A DNA stretch of 64,000 bases from Heptranchias perlo (taxonomy: Eukaryota), in assembly GCF_035084215.1 (NCBI RefSeq), contig NC_090358.1, positions 11,532,001 to 11,596,000 on the forward strand. Reading direction: 5' to 3'. A program made the translations under genes and the position numbers. Below the pieces are notes generated by a model, which saw nothing but the letters and a program-made list of their open reading frames with translations, ran no database searches and was not told the DNA's origin. This document shows, in pieces, positions 62,386 to 64,000 of the stretch. The number at the start of each line of letters is the position of its first letter. Position 1 is the stretch's first letter.

Positions 62386-62619
62386 CACCGCTCCAAAAGA
62401 TGAAACGGAAGCATGAGTTTTAAGCCAATAATACACAAGTTGAAAATGTGCTCCTTCATAGCTGTGCTGACGAGCATAGTTTAAAGCAATCTCTGTGGTT
62501 ATAAAGTGGCTTACAAGCAAAGGACAGGGCATCTGCCAGATCCGCGTTGATTTTCCCTTCCATTTGTATCTCCTTTTCTTCACCTCCCGCCACCTCCGCT
62601 CCTGAAGATGTTGATTCTA

Positions 62620-63000
62620 TAAGACCATAAGAGATAGGAGCAGGAGTAGGCCATTCGGCCCCTCGAGCCTGCTCCGCCATTTAATGAGATCATGGCTGAT
62701 CTGATTTTTACCTCAACTCCATTTTCCCGCCCTTTCCCCATATCCTTTGACTCCCTTGCTGATCAAAAATTTGTCTAACTCAGCCTTGAATGTATTCAAT
62801 GACTCAGCCTCCACAGCTTTTTGGGGTAAAGAATTCCAAAGATTCACGACCCTGTGGGAGAAGAAATTCCTCCTGATTTCCGTCTTACATGGGCGACCCC
62901 TTATTCTGAGACTAAGCCCCCGAGTTTTAGATTCCCCCATGAGGAGTAACATCCTCTCAGCATCTACCCTATCGAGTCCCCTCAGAATCTTGTATGTTTC
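62620..63000 (-). mobile_element. CR1 3' fragment
   Basis: GESKTRG...RRNFFSHRVVNLWNSLPQKAVEA; tail cttatggtcttat. Confidence 0.9.
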
Positions 63001-63094
63001 TCACTGCTGTGTGGTTCCACTAGCAGACAGTTCCCTGGTGCCTCGCCCAGATGACCATTTTTAACGTGTGAGCTTGGACAGTGAATGTCACCAT

Positions 63095-63951
63095 GGGCTC
63101 AATTTTAAAATGAAAGTCCGGGTGGGTTCGGGGGGCAAAGAAAATCGGAGAAATCTGAAGCGGGTAGGATTCCCGGCTCCAACTCGCTGAAGAATGCGCA
63201 TGACCCAGAGTCATCTGGGTGTGCACGCCATTCCCGAACTCGGAAGTCCCACCGGCAATTAAAGCCAGCAGGACGATATTTAAACAAGCAAATGTACCTT
63301 ATTGAGGTACTTAAGGTACTTAATTTTTGCCATATTGGCCACTTAAAACGATTTTGAACTTACTTGGGCGGCTTTCCCACGGCTTCCGATTCACGGCTGG
63401 TGAAGCCGGACTGGAAGGGCTGGATCAGTGAAAAATAAAGTTAATAAATCAAATAAAATTACATTTCCTATTGTAAAGAAATAAATAAACATACCTTGCA
63501 AACTATGTCACCTGTGCCCCTTGCTCCGATGTCCGATGTCGTCTCCCCCCACAATGTCCGATGTCTTCTACACACCCCCCTTCCAATGTCCGACGTTTTC
63601 TCCCCCCCGCCAATATTCGATGTCTTCTGCACACCCCCAATTCCAATGTCCAATGTCTTCTGCAAACCTCCTCCCTTCTGATGTACGATGTCTTCTCCCC
63701 CCCCCACTCCGATCTTTGTTTAACCCCCCCCCCCCACCACTCTCTCTCGCAATGGCCAATAAAGTCTCTCTCTCTCTCTTTCTCCCCTCACCACCTCAGT
63801 CAGGCTGGCTGCCAGGCGCGAAACCCGGAAGAGGCTTTAATTGGCCTCATTAGGGTTGCGATCAGATCACCGACTTGCCTTCCGGGTTTGGCGCCCGCAA
63901 ATCACCCCCCTCCCCCGCTGCCATCTTGCCACCCTTTTAAAATTGTGTTCT
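63095..63951. mobile_element. Harbinger-type non-autonomous element with internal tandem repeats
   Basis: Ends gggctcaattttaaaa and ttttaaaattgtgttct, TSD CAT; internal ~30-bp tccgatgtc..ccccc repeats at 63525-63715. Confidence 0.75.
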
Positions 63952-64000
63952 CATCCAAGGGGATTATGATTTTTTTATCTCTCTTATTGCTAGCCTAGTG

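Noticed and set aside
61629-63998. Pro/Gly-rich ORFs of 100-170 aa
   Set aside because: They arise from C-rich low-complexity interiors of non-autonomous TIR elements

Overview
This is vertebrate nuclear DNA, very probably from a cartilaginous fish (shark), judged by its CR1/L2/DeuSINE/Penelope/Harbinger repeat complement. It is not a prokaryotic accessory region. Hand splicing recovers the gene order SLC51B(+)/RASL12(-)/KBTBD13(+), which matches human 15q22. The genes are: the last three exons of an OST-beta (SLC51B) gene; a complete 5-exon, 283-aa RASL12; a single-exon KBTBD13 broken only by one in-frame TAG at a conserved Trp codon; and the first two coding exons (signal peptide plus ricin-type beta-trefoil) of a further + strand gene, possibly an OST-beta paralogue. 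Much of the rest is mobile DNA. It includes a near full-length CR1 LINE and an intact-looking single-ORF APE-RT LINE with a tRNA-derived Pol III head, plus two ORF-less SINE versions of that LINE. It also includes DeuSINEs, Penelope-like remnants carrying minimal hammerhead ribozyme motifs, at least seven PIF/Harbinger-type TIR elements with 3-bp target duplications, and a 34-bp G-rich minisatellite. All identifications come from reading the sequence and recalling family motifs; no database search was run.
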